Below are positions 15,642 to 27,600 of a stretch of 64,000 nucleotides of DNA, in pieces; the first letter of the stretch is position 1, and every line of letters starts with the position of its first letter. A program made the position numbers and the translations under genes. The notes under the pieces are model-generated. The model was not told where the DNA came from. It saw nothing but the letters and a program-made list of their open reading frames with translations, and ran no database searches. The stretch is from assembly GCA_965217775.1 (NCBI GenBank), contig CBDCJH010000002.1:2528001-2592000 (forward strand), given 5' to 3'. The stretch comes from Acidobacteriota bacterium. Lineage in GTDB: Bacteria > Acidobacteriota > UBA6911 > RPQK01 > JAJDTT01.

Positions 15642-18600
15642 TCATCTTTGAATCGGCACCACCGGCAGGGTGGTGAAGATCCGGTTGCCGGTATCCAGCT
15701 CTACCGCGACTCCCGTGAACAGGCCTTCCCCGAGAGCCGTGCATCTCACCGATCCGACGAAGTCTCTGGTATCCGTCCGGGTGAAGACCTCTTCGATGAA
15801 CCGGGCTTGCTGTCCGTGCGCGTTGAGACGAATGTCTACCTCTTCCAGGGCCTCGCCCCCGCTCATCAATTGACACCGCACCGTTGCGCGCTGCGCCGCC
15901 AGGTTGCGGATCGCCGCCGCGGTGCGGATCCCTCCCGCTTGCCTGCGGGCCGGGAACAGGGCGTCCACCGTGGGTTGACTCGCGCCCACGCCGGCCACGC
16001 CGACGCCCGGGATGTCGAAGCGCAGGACGCCGCCGATGGGCCCGTTCGCCACCACCCGCACCGATCCGGTCACCACCTCGCCCCGGCCGTGGGTCGAGAT
16101 CGTCAGCTCGCCCAGTCGGGCCAGGGCCGTTCGCAGGGTCAGACTTCCGTCCTCTCGGACGAGAAGATGGTCTTCGACCTCCACCATCGATTCCGGCTCC
16201 AATAGCTCTCCGCCCTGATCGTAAAAGTAGATGGCGGGACGGGCGGTCGAAGCGGCCACGTTCACCAGCACCAGGTCGGAGGTGATCAAGGTTCCGTCGG
16301 CGGAAGTTCCATTGGCGAAATGCGCGAAGGTCAGGGTCGTTTCTTCCTCTTCGCCGCCGTCCGGATCCACGGGCACCACCGGCAGCGTGGTGAAGATCCG
16401 GTTGCCCGCATCCAGCTCCACCGCCACTCCCGTGAACGACTCACCGGCCGGGACCGTACAACGCACCGACCCCACGAAGTCCGTGGTGTCGGTCTCCGTG
16501 AACAACTCCTCGAGGAACTGGGCATCCTGGCCGTTGGCGCTGAGTTTGATCTCCCCCTCTTCCAGTACCCTGCCGTTCTTCAGCAACCGGCACTGCACCT
16601 TCACCGCTTCCGGGCCCAGGTTGTGGATCGCTGCCGCCGTCCGGATCCCGCCCGCCTGCCTCCGGGCCGGGAACAGGGCGTCCGCCGTGGGTTCGCTGGC
16701 GCCCACGCCGGCCACCCCGATCCCGGGGATGTCAAAGCGCACCACTCCGCCGACAGGTCCGTCCGACACGACTCGGACTGATCCGGTCACCACCTCGCCC
16801 CGGCCGTGGGTGGAGATCGTCAACTCGCCCAGCGACGCGATCTCTGTCCGGGGCGTCAGCCCTCCGTCCTCCCGGATCTCCAGATCGTCCCCGAGGTCCA
16901 CCACGGACCCGGCTTCAAACAGATCTCCCTCCCGGTCGAAGAAGTAGATGACGGGACGGATCTCCGACTCGGCCACGTTCACCAGCACCAGGTCGGAGGT
17001 GATGAGCACGTCGTTGTCCGAATAGCCGTTGCCGAAATGGGCAAACTCCAGGATCACCTCCTCGGCCATGGGCGTGGACTCGACTGCGTCGGAGGGGGGA
17101 CTCTGGCCGATCTCGTTCACGGCCCGCACTTCGAAGACGTAGGTCCGGCCGTTGGTCAGTCCGGTGACCGTATGGGTCAGGTCCGTGGAGCCGATGGAGG
17201 TCCACTCCCCGGCCCGGTCGATCCGGACCTCGTAGCCGGTGAGTGCAGACCGGCCGTCGCTCTCGGGAGCCTTCCAGGAGAGCGTCACTTCACCGTTCCC
17301 GGCTTCTGCCTGCAGGTTCAGCGGTGCCGTGGGCGCCGTCGCAGCCGGCGGCGGAGGTGGCGGCGGAGGCGGAGGCGGTGGCGGCGGAGGCGGAGGCGGC
17401 GGGGGAGGTGGCGGTGGAGGAGGAGGGGGAGGCGGCGGCGGGGTCGAGACTTCGTTGTCCTGGACCGTCACGCGGGCGCTCTGAGTCGAAGCGGATCCCA
17501 GCCGGTACTCGGCTCCCGACTGCAGCCGGGCGGTGACCCGGCTGGTGGATTCGGCGACGTCGTCATCGTCGGTCAACACCTCCAGCGTCGCCGTCTCCTG
17601 CCCGGACCGGAACTCCACCTCCTTCGGCGGATCGTACCCGCCCGAGGTCTCGATCATCGATCTCGTCTCCGTGACCTCCAGGCTCACCATCAGCGGGGCC
17701 TCCGTCGGGGGTCCGCGCGTCAGGGTGAACTCCACGGTGTCGCCTTCCGTCACCGTCTCGGATCCCTCCTTGGCCTGGATGGTCACCAGGGGCGGGTCTA
17801 CCCTTCGATCCGTCAACCCATCCACGGCGTTGCCCACCTCGTCCTGGATCGGGTTGAACCCTGGCGTATAGCTCACCATCACGAGTTCGCCCGCCGTCAC
17901 CGCTGAGGTCAGCCTCAAGATGACGCTGTTTCCGCTCACCCGAACCTGGAGCACCGTTCGATCATCCCCGGCCACCGTGACCTCGAAGTCGGAGTTCGAC
18001 GGTGTCGAGCCCTCATCCAGCGCCTCGTCGTAGGTCAGCGCCACCCGCGAGCCATGCACCGTCACGCCCTCCAGTCCCGGCACGCTCGCATCCACCTTGT
18101 GGTCCGCCTGCGCCTCCACCGCTTCGTAGCTCCGCGCCGCCGGGTTGTCCGCCAGATCCAGGATCTTTCCTCCATTGAGCGCGATGCTCCCGCGCGGGAC
18201 GCTCACTCCGTCCTCGTCCTCGTCCCCTTTCTCCACCGTGTAGACGAACATCACCGCCGCCCGGTCCGACCCGACAATGGCGCTGGCCCGCTTCCGCCGG
18301 GTCCCCACCAGCAGGTCCAACGTCGGCGTTCCGCGAATGGTGTCCACCGTCACCGTCTCGTCGTACCGCACCGTCACCGAGATCATGTCGTCGACCGCGT
18401 AGGTCTCGTCCGTCCCCGGGTCCGAGCTGATCTCGATCCCTTCGATCGACGGGGCCGTCGTGTCCGGCGTCCGGTTGTCCACGAACTGGTCCCTGAAGGC
18501 ATCGGCGTCGTTGCCCACCCGGTCCTGGATCGGGTTCGATCGCGGCTCGTAGCTCACCCGGATCCCCGTCTCTCCGTACTCCGCCGACGGGTTCACCGTG

Positions 18601-21600
18601 AGACGAACCTCACTCCCGCTCACCCGAACCCGGGTCACGGTGCGCGTCTCGTTGCCTCCCTCCACGGTGAAGTCGCTCGTCGCTGGTCGTGAGGACGTAT
18701 TCAGGGGTTCGTTGTAGGTCAGCGTCAGTGTCGCGCCGTTGACCACCACCGGATCGGTCAGCGCCAGGACCGGGGCGACCGCGTCCACTTTGTGGCTGGA
18801 GCTGGCCGCCACTGCCTCATGGTCCAAGGTGGCGTCATTGCCCGCACCGTCCCGGATCGTCCCGCCGGCTCGCGACAGCCGGTTCGCCTCGATGCTCATT
18901 CCGTCCTCGTCGTCGTCCCCAGTGACCACCCGGTAGGCGAACTTCACCGCCCGGGTCGAGACGCTCCGGTACTCCGCCCTTCGGTTCCCGCCGCCCACGT
19001 CCAGGGTCAGTTCGGGCGTTCCGGTGATCACCACCGTCTCGTCGAACGTCACCGTCACCTCGATGGTCTCGTCCACGACGTAGGTCCGGTCCGACCCTGC
19101 ACTCGAGGTGATCCGAACCCTCGACACGGCCGGTCCCGTCGGGTCTCCCGTCCGGTTCGTGACGCTCTTGTTGCTCAACCGGTCCGCGTCGTTGCCGGCG
19201 GTGTCCTGGATCGGATTCGATCCCGGCTCATAGTTCACCCGAAGGCGGCTCTCTCCATCCACGACGGCCGAGCTCAGGGTCAGGAACACCGCGTTTCCGC
19301 TGACCCGGACGCCGGTGACCGTCCGGGTTTCACTCCCGCCTGTCACGGTGAAGTCGTCCGTCGCCGGCACCGAAGAGGAATCCAACGGCTCGCCGTAGGC
19401 CAGCGCTAGCGTCGTGCCGCTGGCCACCGCTCCATCGGACGTCGCCAGCGTCGGCTTGACCCCATCCACCTGGTGCCGGGAATCGGCCGCTACCGGCGCG
19501 TGGCTCAGCACGGCGTTGTTCCGGGCGCCGTCGCGGATCGTCCCACCGGACAGGCGGTTCGCCTCGAGGCTCACCCCGTAGGCGGCACTGTCCCCGGAAA
19601 CCACTTTGTATTCGAACCTCACGGCGGCCCCCGTGACGTCCTGGTAGTTGGCCGTCCGGCTGCGGCCGCCCAGGTTCAGCGTCAACCGCGGCGTCCCCGT
19701 CACCACCACCGTCTCGCTGAACGTCACCGTCACTTCGATGGTTTCGCCGGCCGCGTAGGTCCGGTCCGATCCTGCGTTCGAGGTGATCCTCACCGTCTCC
19801 ACTGTTGGCCCCGTCGTGTCTCCCGTGCGGTTGGTGACCGTTCGGTTGTTCAGCCCGTCCGCGGCGTTCCCCACCACGTCCTCGATCGGATTCCCCCCCG
19901 GCTGGTAGCTCAACCGGAGGCCGCTCTCTCCGTCCGTTACGGCCGGGTTCAACGTCAGCAGGACCGCGCTTCCGCTCACCTGGACCCGGATCACCGTCCG
20001 CGTCTCACTGCCCCCGGTCACGGTGAAGGCGCTCGCCGCCGGCCTCGAGGAGGAGTTCAGCGGCTCGCTGTAGGCCAGCGTCAGAATCGTTCCGTTCGCC
20101 ACCGCCCCGTCCGTAGTGGCCAGCACCGGAGGCACCCCGTCCACTTGGTGCCGGGAATCGGCCGCCACTGCCGCGTGGTCGAGCTGCGCGTTATTCCGGG
20201 CGCCGTCGCGGATCGTCCCTCCACCGCGCGACAGGCTGTCGGCATCGATACTCACGCCGTCCCGGTCGCGGTCGCCCCGGACAACCCTGTACTCGAACTT
20301 GACGGCTGCCCCGCGGTTGACGCTCAGGTAGTCGGCCGTTCGATTCTGCCCGCCCAGGTTCAGCGTCAACCGTGGGGTTCCCGTCACCACCACCGTCTCG
20401 TTGAACGTCACCGTCACCTCGATGGGATCTTCCACCGCGTAGGTCCGATCCGATCCCGCACTCGAGGTGATCCTCACCGTCTCGACCGTCGGCCCCGTCG
20501 TGTCTCCCGTGACGTTGGTGACCGTCCGGTTGCTCAACCGGTCCGCGTCGTTCCCCGCCGTGTCCTGGATCGGAGTCGCTCCCGACCCGGTCGGCACCGT
20601 GTAGCTCACCCGCAGGCCCGTCTCCCCGTGCTCCACCGCCGGATTCAGGGTCAGCTCCACCGCGCTCCCACTCACCCGGACTCCGGTGACCATCCTCATC
20701 TCATTCCCTCCCGTCACGGTGAAGGCGTCGTTCCCCGGCACCGAGGAGGAATCCAACGGCTCGCCGTAGGCCAGCGTCAGCATCGTTCCGTTGGCCACCG
20801 CCCCGTCGGTGCTCGCCAGTACGGGTTTGATGCCGTCCACCTGCTGCCCGGTGTCGGCCGCCACCGCCGTATGGGTCAGGACGGCATGGTTCCCTGCGGT
20901 GTCCCGGATCGTCCCGGTGCCTCGCGACAGGCTGTCCGCCTCGAGGCTCACCCCGTCCGTGTCGCTGTCGTTGACGGCCACGGTGTAGGCAAAGACCACC
21001 ACCGCCCCCGTGACACTCTCGTAGTTCGCCGATCGATTCCGTTCTCCCACCTTCAGCGTCACCCGGGGCGTCCCGGTCACCAGGACCGTCTCGCTGAAGG
21101 TCACCGTCACCTCGATCTCGTCGCCGGCCCCGTAGACGTCGCGGCTGTCCGGGGGAACCGACGTGATCTCCACCGAGGTGACCGTCGGCGGGACCCGGTC
21201 CGCAGTCTCGTTCGTCACCGGCGCGCCGCTCAGTCCGTCCGCGTCGTTTCCGGCCCGGTCCTGAATCGGCGTCGCCCCCATCCCGGCCGGGACCGTGTAG
21301 CTCACCCGGATTCCCGTCTCCCAATGCGCCACCGCGGAGGAGAGAGTCAGATCCACCGCATTTCCCCTCACCGCGACCCCGGAAACATTTCGCGATGAAG
21401 AACCTCCCGAGACGGAGAAGGCGCTGGACGGCGGCGTTGACGCCGAGTCCAAGGTCTCGGTATAGGTCAGCGTCAGCGTCGCTCCGGTCACCACCGCTCC
21501 GCGGGTCGCCGCCAACTCCGGCTGGATGCCGTCCACCTGGTGCCGCGATTGGGTTCCCAGCGCCCGGTGATCCAGATCGGCCTCGTTGTCCATGCCGTCC

Positions 21601-24600
21601 TCGATGGTGCCGCCGTTGAGCGACAGGCTGTCGGCCGCGATGCTCACTCCGTTGGCGTCGACGTCCCCGGGGACCACCCGGTAGCGGAACAGCACCTCCT
21701 CGTCGGTGACGCTGTCGTAGTCCGCAGTTCGGTCCTGGTCCCCCACCCTCAGCGTCAACTGCGGCGTCCCGGTCACGAAGACGTCCTCGCTGAAGGTCAC
21801 CGTCACCTCGATCACGTCCCGGATGGCGTAAGTCGAATCCGATCCCGCGTCCGACGTGATCTCCAGCTTGCTGACCGTCGGGTCCCTCGTATCCGGGATC
21901 GGGACGTCCACCGAGACCCGGGCACTGCGGCTCGGCTCGCCGCCGTTGATCACGGCCGCCACCTGGTAGACGTAGGTGGCGCCGGCGGTCACGTCGGTAT
22001 CGACGTAGGAGCGGCTTGAACTGTTCTCGGAGAGGATCTCGACGGTGGTTCCGGAGGTGCGGTAGAGGTTGTAGGTCACCCCAGTGACGGCAGACCAGGT
22101 CAGCGTAACCCGACCCAGCGCGGGGGTCGCCATCAGGACCGGGCCGGCGCGAATCTGCTGGCCGAACTCCTGCCAGGTAGCCCCGCCGACTCCATTGGTG
22201 TCCACGGAAAGCGCGGGGTACTGGCTGGACGTCCCGAAGTCCCAGGGGGCGTCGTTCATGCCGTCGCCGTCCAGGTCCCGGTTCCATTTCCGATAGATGC
22301 CGGTGTAGACCGTGGGCGCCTGCAGGTTCGCCGTGGTCTGGCCTCGGCCGTACGATACAGTGGTCGGTCCCGAGGTCTCAGTGTCCCAATAGCTGTTGTT
22401 GATGTTGCCGCCGCGGGTGTTGTCTCCCACCAGCCCGCCGATGGTGCGTCCGCCCGAGACCAGACCGGTCGCGTAGCTGGCCTTGACGTCACCACTGTTC
22501 CAGCCGACCAGGCCACCGACGGTGCGTCGACCCGAGACCCGACCGGTTGCGTAGCTGACGTTGACGTCACCGGTGTTCCGGCCGAGCAATCCTCCCGCCT
22601 CGGTATCCGCCACGACTCGGCCCGTCGCGTAGGCGGCGGTCACCTCGCCACTGTTGGACCCGGCGAGGCCGCCGATGCGGTCGTCTCCCGTCGCCTGCAC
22701 GGTGGAGTAACTGGCCGACGCGGATCCAGCATCCAAGTTGGCTCCGACCAACCCGCCGATAATGTCGTCGCCGGATACTTTGCCCGTGGCGTAGCATCCG
22801 CTGACGGCGCCGCCGTTGGACCCGACCAGGCCGCCGACGTTGTCCGTTCCCGTCACCAGGACAGCAACCATCTCCAGGTTCCGGATGACGGCGGAGAACC
22901 CGGTCACGCCGAACAATCCGATATCGTTTTCGCTACTGTCGATAAACAGATTGGTGATGGTTCGACCGTTGCCCTCGAAGATCGCACCGAAGCCGGAGAC
23001 GCTGCCGGATGAGTCACCGATGGGCACCCATCCGGCGCCATTGTTCCAGTAGGCGTCACCGGCGTCGGCCTCACCGCTGCTGTCGGTGTCGAAATCCAGA
23101 TCGGCGTTCAATTCATAGCCCACACATCCGAGCAGGCCGCCGCAGGCCAGGACGTCGCCCCCGTCGGGGAACGCCTCGGCATGGACCGCGTCAGAGTTCC
23201 GGCCGGACCCGTTCAGGTCATGACGGACGGCATCGAGCTGCGCCAGATGACTGATTTCGATGAGGCCGTCGTCGTCGGTGTCGTAATCAACCGTCGTGGT
23301 GGAAAGAACCGTCACCCGGAACTGCTGAGTCGTGCTCTGGTTGGACCCATCGTCGGTCGCGGTCACCGTGATGGTCGTGCGGCCTTCGGCGACCGGGATG
23401 ATCGTCACCCGCGTCCCCGAAAGAGTCACCCGGGCGACGCCGGTGTCCGAGGAGGACACGGCGTAGATGATGGTGTCACCCTCCGGATCCTGGAACGCCC
23501 CACCCAACTCCGTCATCGCCGAGTCTCCGACGAGCAGCACCCGGCTCCGCAAGGCGTCCACCACCACCGGACGTTTGTTGCCGACCACCGTCACCGATAC
23601 CATGGCGCTCCGCGCGGCTTCGCCGCCGTCCACCACCGCCACCACCTGGTAGACGTAGGTTTCGCCGCCGGCGAGGTCGGTGTCCGTGTACTCGCGCACG
23701 GTGAGGTTCTGGGCGATGGTCTCGAGGTTCTCGCCGCCTCCTCGGTTCACGGTGTAGGACGCACGCGGCGCCGGGGTCCATGCACTACTCAACGGCACTT
23801 CGGCCCATTCCAATTCGATTTGGCCTTGTCCGGCAGTCGTCGTCGGTGTCGCGGTCAAGGTCGGCCCGGACCGAAGCTGATAGCCGAATTCCTCCCACGT
23901 CGCATCGTCATCTCCATCCAGGTCCGCCCTGAGGGCCGGGTACTGGCTGGACGTCCCGAAATCCCAGGGGTCGTCGTTCACATCGTCTCCATTGACATCC
24001 ACGTTCCAGCTTCGGTAGATGCCGCTGTAGCTCGTGGGCGACTGCAGTTGCGACGTCGTCCTGCCCGAGCCGGGTGACCCCGATCCCTGCCCTGACGTGC
24101 GCGTATCCCAGTAGCTGTTGCTGACGGTCCCTCCCTCATCGTCTCCCACCAACCCACTTTTTCTGCTGCCACCGGAGACGCGGCCCGTCGCATAGCTGGC
24201 ACTGATCATGCCCTCGTCGTAGACGTGACCGACCAGCCCGCCGGCAGGCGAACCATCAACGCTGCCGGTCGCGTAGCTGGCCCTGATCGTTGCCCTTTGG
24301 GACGGCGTCCCGATGGTGCCGACGAGTCCGCCGGCGGGCGCCCCCGTGACCGGACCCGTCGCATAGCTGGCACTGATCAATCTGCTTCGGTGGTAACCGA
24401 CCAGCCCGCCGGCATCACGGTCCGACGTGACCCGGCCCGTCGCATGGCTGGAGACGACGAAACCGGCGTTGTAACCGACCAGCCCCCCGACGTGAAGCTC
24501 CCCAGAGACTTGTCCCGACGACCGGATGCCGATGAGAAGGCCTTGATTCTCCCCGACCAGTGCACCGGCAGCCTCCGTGCCCGACACGTTCACGTCGCTC

Positions 24601-27600
24601 AGCGTGACGTCGCGGACGACACCGGACCGGCCGATCCTGCCGAACAACCCGGAATATCCACGACCCGCAACGAAGAGGTTGCTCAGGGTGTGTTGGTTGC
24701 CGTCGAACCTCGGGTTGAAGAAAAAGTCGACCTCGTCGGTGGAATCCCACCCGATGGGCTCCCAGCCGTCGCCGTCGTTCCAGTAGTCGTCGTCCGAGTC
24801 GACCGCCCCGTCCCCGTCGGTGTCGAAGTCCAGGTCCGCGAGGAGCTCATACCCCGAGCAACCGTTCACGCCGCAGCCCATCCGATCGAACGGCGAGGGG
24901 AACGCCGCCGCATACGCCGCCACGGCGCCCGCGTCGCCATTCCCGTCCAGGTCATGGCGCATGGCATCGAGCTGCGCCAGATTACTGATGCCGATGAGGC
25001 CGTCGCCGTCGGCGTCGTAGTCGTGGCCGACCTTCACTCTGAAGCGCTGCGACGCACTCATGTCTGATCCACTGACGTCGGTCGCCGTCACGGTGATGAT
25101 CGTCCGGCCTGCGGCCACCGGCGTGATCGTCACCACGGATCCCGACCGGCTCAACCTGGCGACGGATGTCAGCGACGAGCTGGCCCCATACGTCAGCGTG
25201 TCGTTGTCCGGATCCTGGAAGGCCGACGCAACCTCCACGTCCACCGCCATGGCCCCCACTGTCAGTTGCCGATCCGGCAAAATGCCCACCGCTAACGGGG
25301 GCTGGTTCGCCCCGCCGGCGGTCACCGACACTGGCGCACTGCGAGCCGCTTCGCCTCCGTCCAACACTGCAGCCACCCAGTAGATATAGGGGTCGCCGAT
25401 CGTCACGTCGGTGTCGGTGTGAGTGAGCCCGGTGAGATTCGTCCCGACGGCCTCAATGGTGGCGCCGTCGTCGCGATAGAGGGTGTAGCTGACGTCCGGC
25501 GCCGGGCTCCAGGAAGTCGTCGACAGCGCGTTCCAGCTCAGGTCCACTTGGGCCTGGTTGGCCGTCGTCGCCGCCGTCAGAGTCAAGCTGGTGCGGACCT
25601 GGTAGCCGGCCTCCTGCCAGGTCGCTCGATCGTCATCATTCAGATCCAGCGACAGGACCGGATACTGCGTCGCCGTCCCGAAATCCCAGGGATCGTCGGG
25701 CTCCCCGTCTTCGAAAACCGGGTTGCCCAAATCCACGTTCCACCCCTCGTAGATGCCCGTGTAGTCCGTCGGCGTCTGCAACTCTGCGGTGGTCTTCCCG
25801 CCCACGCCCAGCCGCACCCACTCCGTACCGTCGATCACGCCGTTGTCGTTCGCATCGTCCTCGCCCACTCCGACGCGCACCCCGGAGGTCTCCGCATCCC
25901 AGTAGCTGGACCGAGGCTTGGCAAAGCGACCACTACCGACAAGCCCGCCGACTGCCGTCGTTCCGGAGACCGCACCCGTGGCATAGCTCGCCTGGACATG
26001 ACCGCAGGAACTGCCGGCCAGACCACCGACGCCCCCGCCGCTGCTGGTCGTGGCTGCTACGGGTCCGGATTCGGTGAGGGTCCCGACGAGATCACAAATG
26101 ATGAACCCGGAATCCGAATCCGTGAGTCGAGCCCCACGGCCCGACACGTTCCCGGTGGCATAGCTGGCCTCAATGATCTGGTTCACATCGCTGACGGCCC
26201 CGACCAGTCCACCGACCGCCTCCATCCCTTCCACGTTCCCGGTGGCATAGCTGGCGACGATGGGGTTCAGAGTCTGGTGCCCCACCAACCCGCCGACCGC
26301 ATCGTTGCCGGACACATTGACCGCGGCGGAGCTGTGCCACACCTCGCCCCCGGCCCGGCCCACCAAGCCGCCCACTTCATCCTGGCCGGACACCTGGCCC
26401 GTGGCACGGCTGGCGACGGTGGGGTTCAGAGTCTGGTACCCCACCAACCCGCCGACCGCATCGTTGCCGGACACATTGACCGCGGCGGAGCTGTACCACA
26501 CCGAGCCCCAGGTCCGGCCCACCAGGCCGCCCACTTCATCCTGGCCGGACACCTGGCCCGTGGCGTGGTTGTCAAGGGTCGCCACGTAGACCGCGGCCCC
26601 CAGCAGGCTGCCCACCGCATGGCGCCCCGTCACGTCGGCGCCGGCCAGGCTGACGCCACTGATTCTGTTGCTGTCGACCGCCCCGAACAGACCGACCTCG
26701 TTCTCGGTGTCCCGGTCGATGAACAGGTTGGACACGGTCTGACGATTGCCCATGAAGTCTGCAGTGAAGGGCGTGTCGGCCTCACCGATCGGCTCCCAGC
26801 CGTCGCCGCCGTTCCAGTAGTCGTCGTCCGAGTCGACGTCTCCATCGTCGTCGGTGTCGAAGTCCAAGTCCTCCGTCAGCTCGTAGCCCGCGCATCCGTC
26901 GCTGGGACACCCCATTCCCAGAGCGCCCATGGGGTAGGCGGTGTAATACGGCATCCAGATCGCACCATCCACCAGGCCATCGCCGTTCAGGTCGTACCGC
27001 AGGGCGTCCAGCTGCGCCAGATTGCTGACATCGATAAGACCGTCGTTATCGGAGTCGTAGTCCCTGGTTCCCGCTCTGACCGTGACCGAAAAGGAGTCGG
27101 TGGCGCTCAGGCCGTCGGGATCGATCGCGCGCAACCTCACCACCGCGTGGCCCGGCGACCCCGGGGTGATCGTCACCTGTGCGTTGCTCCGCGTGATGCT
27201 CAGCCGGGCGGGGTAGCTCGATATCGCCTCGTAGGTCAGCGCGTCGTCGTCCGGATCGTCGAAGACGTCCTCCAGATCGATGTCCACTGCGTCGTCACCC
27301 GTGGCGAATGTCCGGTCGGATTCGGCGTTCTCCACGGTCGGCGCCCGATTGCGGTCGGCCGCTGCGACATCGACGGCATCCACGGAGCCGGGAGCCATCA
27401 CGATGCCGGCTCCGGAATCACGATCGACGCCGGCAGCTTCGATGTCCAGGACCGCGGCCCCGGTCGTCATTCCGGTACGGAGCTGTGCGAGGGTGACTTG
27501 GTTGGGACCACCCGCCGCCTCCAGCATCAGGGCTGCGATGGCCGTTGCGTGCGGCGCCGCGGATGAAGTGCCGCAGAACGTCGAGAAGCCGGGCGTCGCC

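Noticed and set aside
15558-16205. Plus-strand ORFs MKCST(R/G)T... starting in each intergenic region (15558, 30417, 49477, 61701)
   Set aside because: The GTG start is the fourth operator repeat, there is no RBS, lengths vary (215, 230, 103, 64 aa), and most of each ORF overlaps the giant gene in antisense.
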